Source: Syncephalis fuscata S228
Lineage: Eukaryota > Fungi > Zoopagomycota
DNA length: 64,000 nt
Direction: 5' to 3'
NCBI GenBank assembly: GCA_025786725.1
Contig: JAHLTZ010000027.1
Span: 124,001 to 188,000 of the forward strand
The translations under genes and the position numbers were made by a program. The notes below the pieces were generated by a model that was given only the letters and a program-made list of their open reading frames with translations, had not been told where the DNA came from and made no database searches. Positions 63,294 to 64,000 of the stretch are shown in pieces (position 1 is the first letter of the stretch; each line of letters opens with the position of its first letter).

Positions 63294-64000
63294 ATTTACT
63301 AATCAATGACACATACAAAATTGCTTGTGGTCCTTTTTAGTTTCGCTCTAAACGTTTTTTTTTCTTCAATTGACGAAATTAGTTACATACTATTGAATAA
63401 AGCACTTTTTATGGCGCATTAATTTTTTTCATATTGTATAGTTCAGTAAAATGCAGCGACATTTTTAATATCATTTTAACCATCACCTTTTATGCTTCTC
63501 TGGTTTGTCAGCAATATTCTTGTTTACCCACTTTAGATTGCAACAATTATACTAAATAAACAACCAGCATATAAATCAGCATATGCACTACCAATAAGCA
63601 CCATTCTATACCCGATTGTCGATTATCTTGTCTAAATTTAAAATTGTATATTGCTTAAGTGCACTGTCACATTTAACATATTGTATTTGACGATAAATGA
63701 CGATAACAATAGTAAATTTGGATTTATTTATGATAATTAACATTGTAACATATATCAAATCAACAATAATGTATGATAATTATTTGTAAGCGTTTATTGC
63801 AAAATTGAAATGCTTATTGCTGATATTTAGCATATCGACATGATCTTCTCACAGCTCTGATGTACCATTGGTTATACTTATTGTTGTGGGTGTTTTTTCC
63901 GTAATGTTAGGTTTTTGGCAATTAAATAGCGATCTCCATGCTTGTTTTATACTGCCATTGTTGGGTATCATAATATACCAAAGAGGTAGGCCGAAAAACA

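Noticed and set aside
1-64000. CRISPR arrays, rRNA, tRNA and U12-type introns
   Set aside because: No repeat-spacer arrays, cloverleafs or rRNA motifs seen; the introns inspected had U2-type donors

Overview
Eukaryotic, AT-rich fungal genomic DNA with many short GT-AG introns. The gene style and family expansions suggest an early-diverging fungus, possibly Zoopagomycota/Syncephalis-like (inference). Conserved genes, several reconstructed by hand because the ORF track misses or fragments them: SKI2 (5' part), DOT1, SERF/4F5, SMN, PRP6, ACB1, an ANTH/AP180 adaptor, an MCH1-like MFS transporter and ALG12. Accessory content: five paralogous receptor-like genes (signal peptide, PA-like ectodomain, 7 TM, S/T-rich tail; four clustered at 31-42.5 kb), two paralogous alpha/beta hydrolases, an F-box-like protein, an intronless secreted PA-domain S8 subtilase and a truncated second subtilase, a decayed intron-containing Fanzor1-type (eukaryotic TnpB-like RNA-guided nuclease) gene, a MITE-like inverted repeat and a pseudogenised secreted kinase-like gene. 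The main highlights are the PA-7TM receptor family, the Fanzor relic and a tight SERF-SMN-PRP6 cluster that echoes the human SERF1-SMN1 adjacency. Many genes carry apparent 1-bp deletions in short homopolymers, most likely assembly errors.
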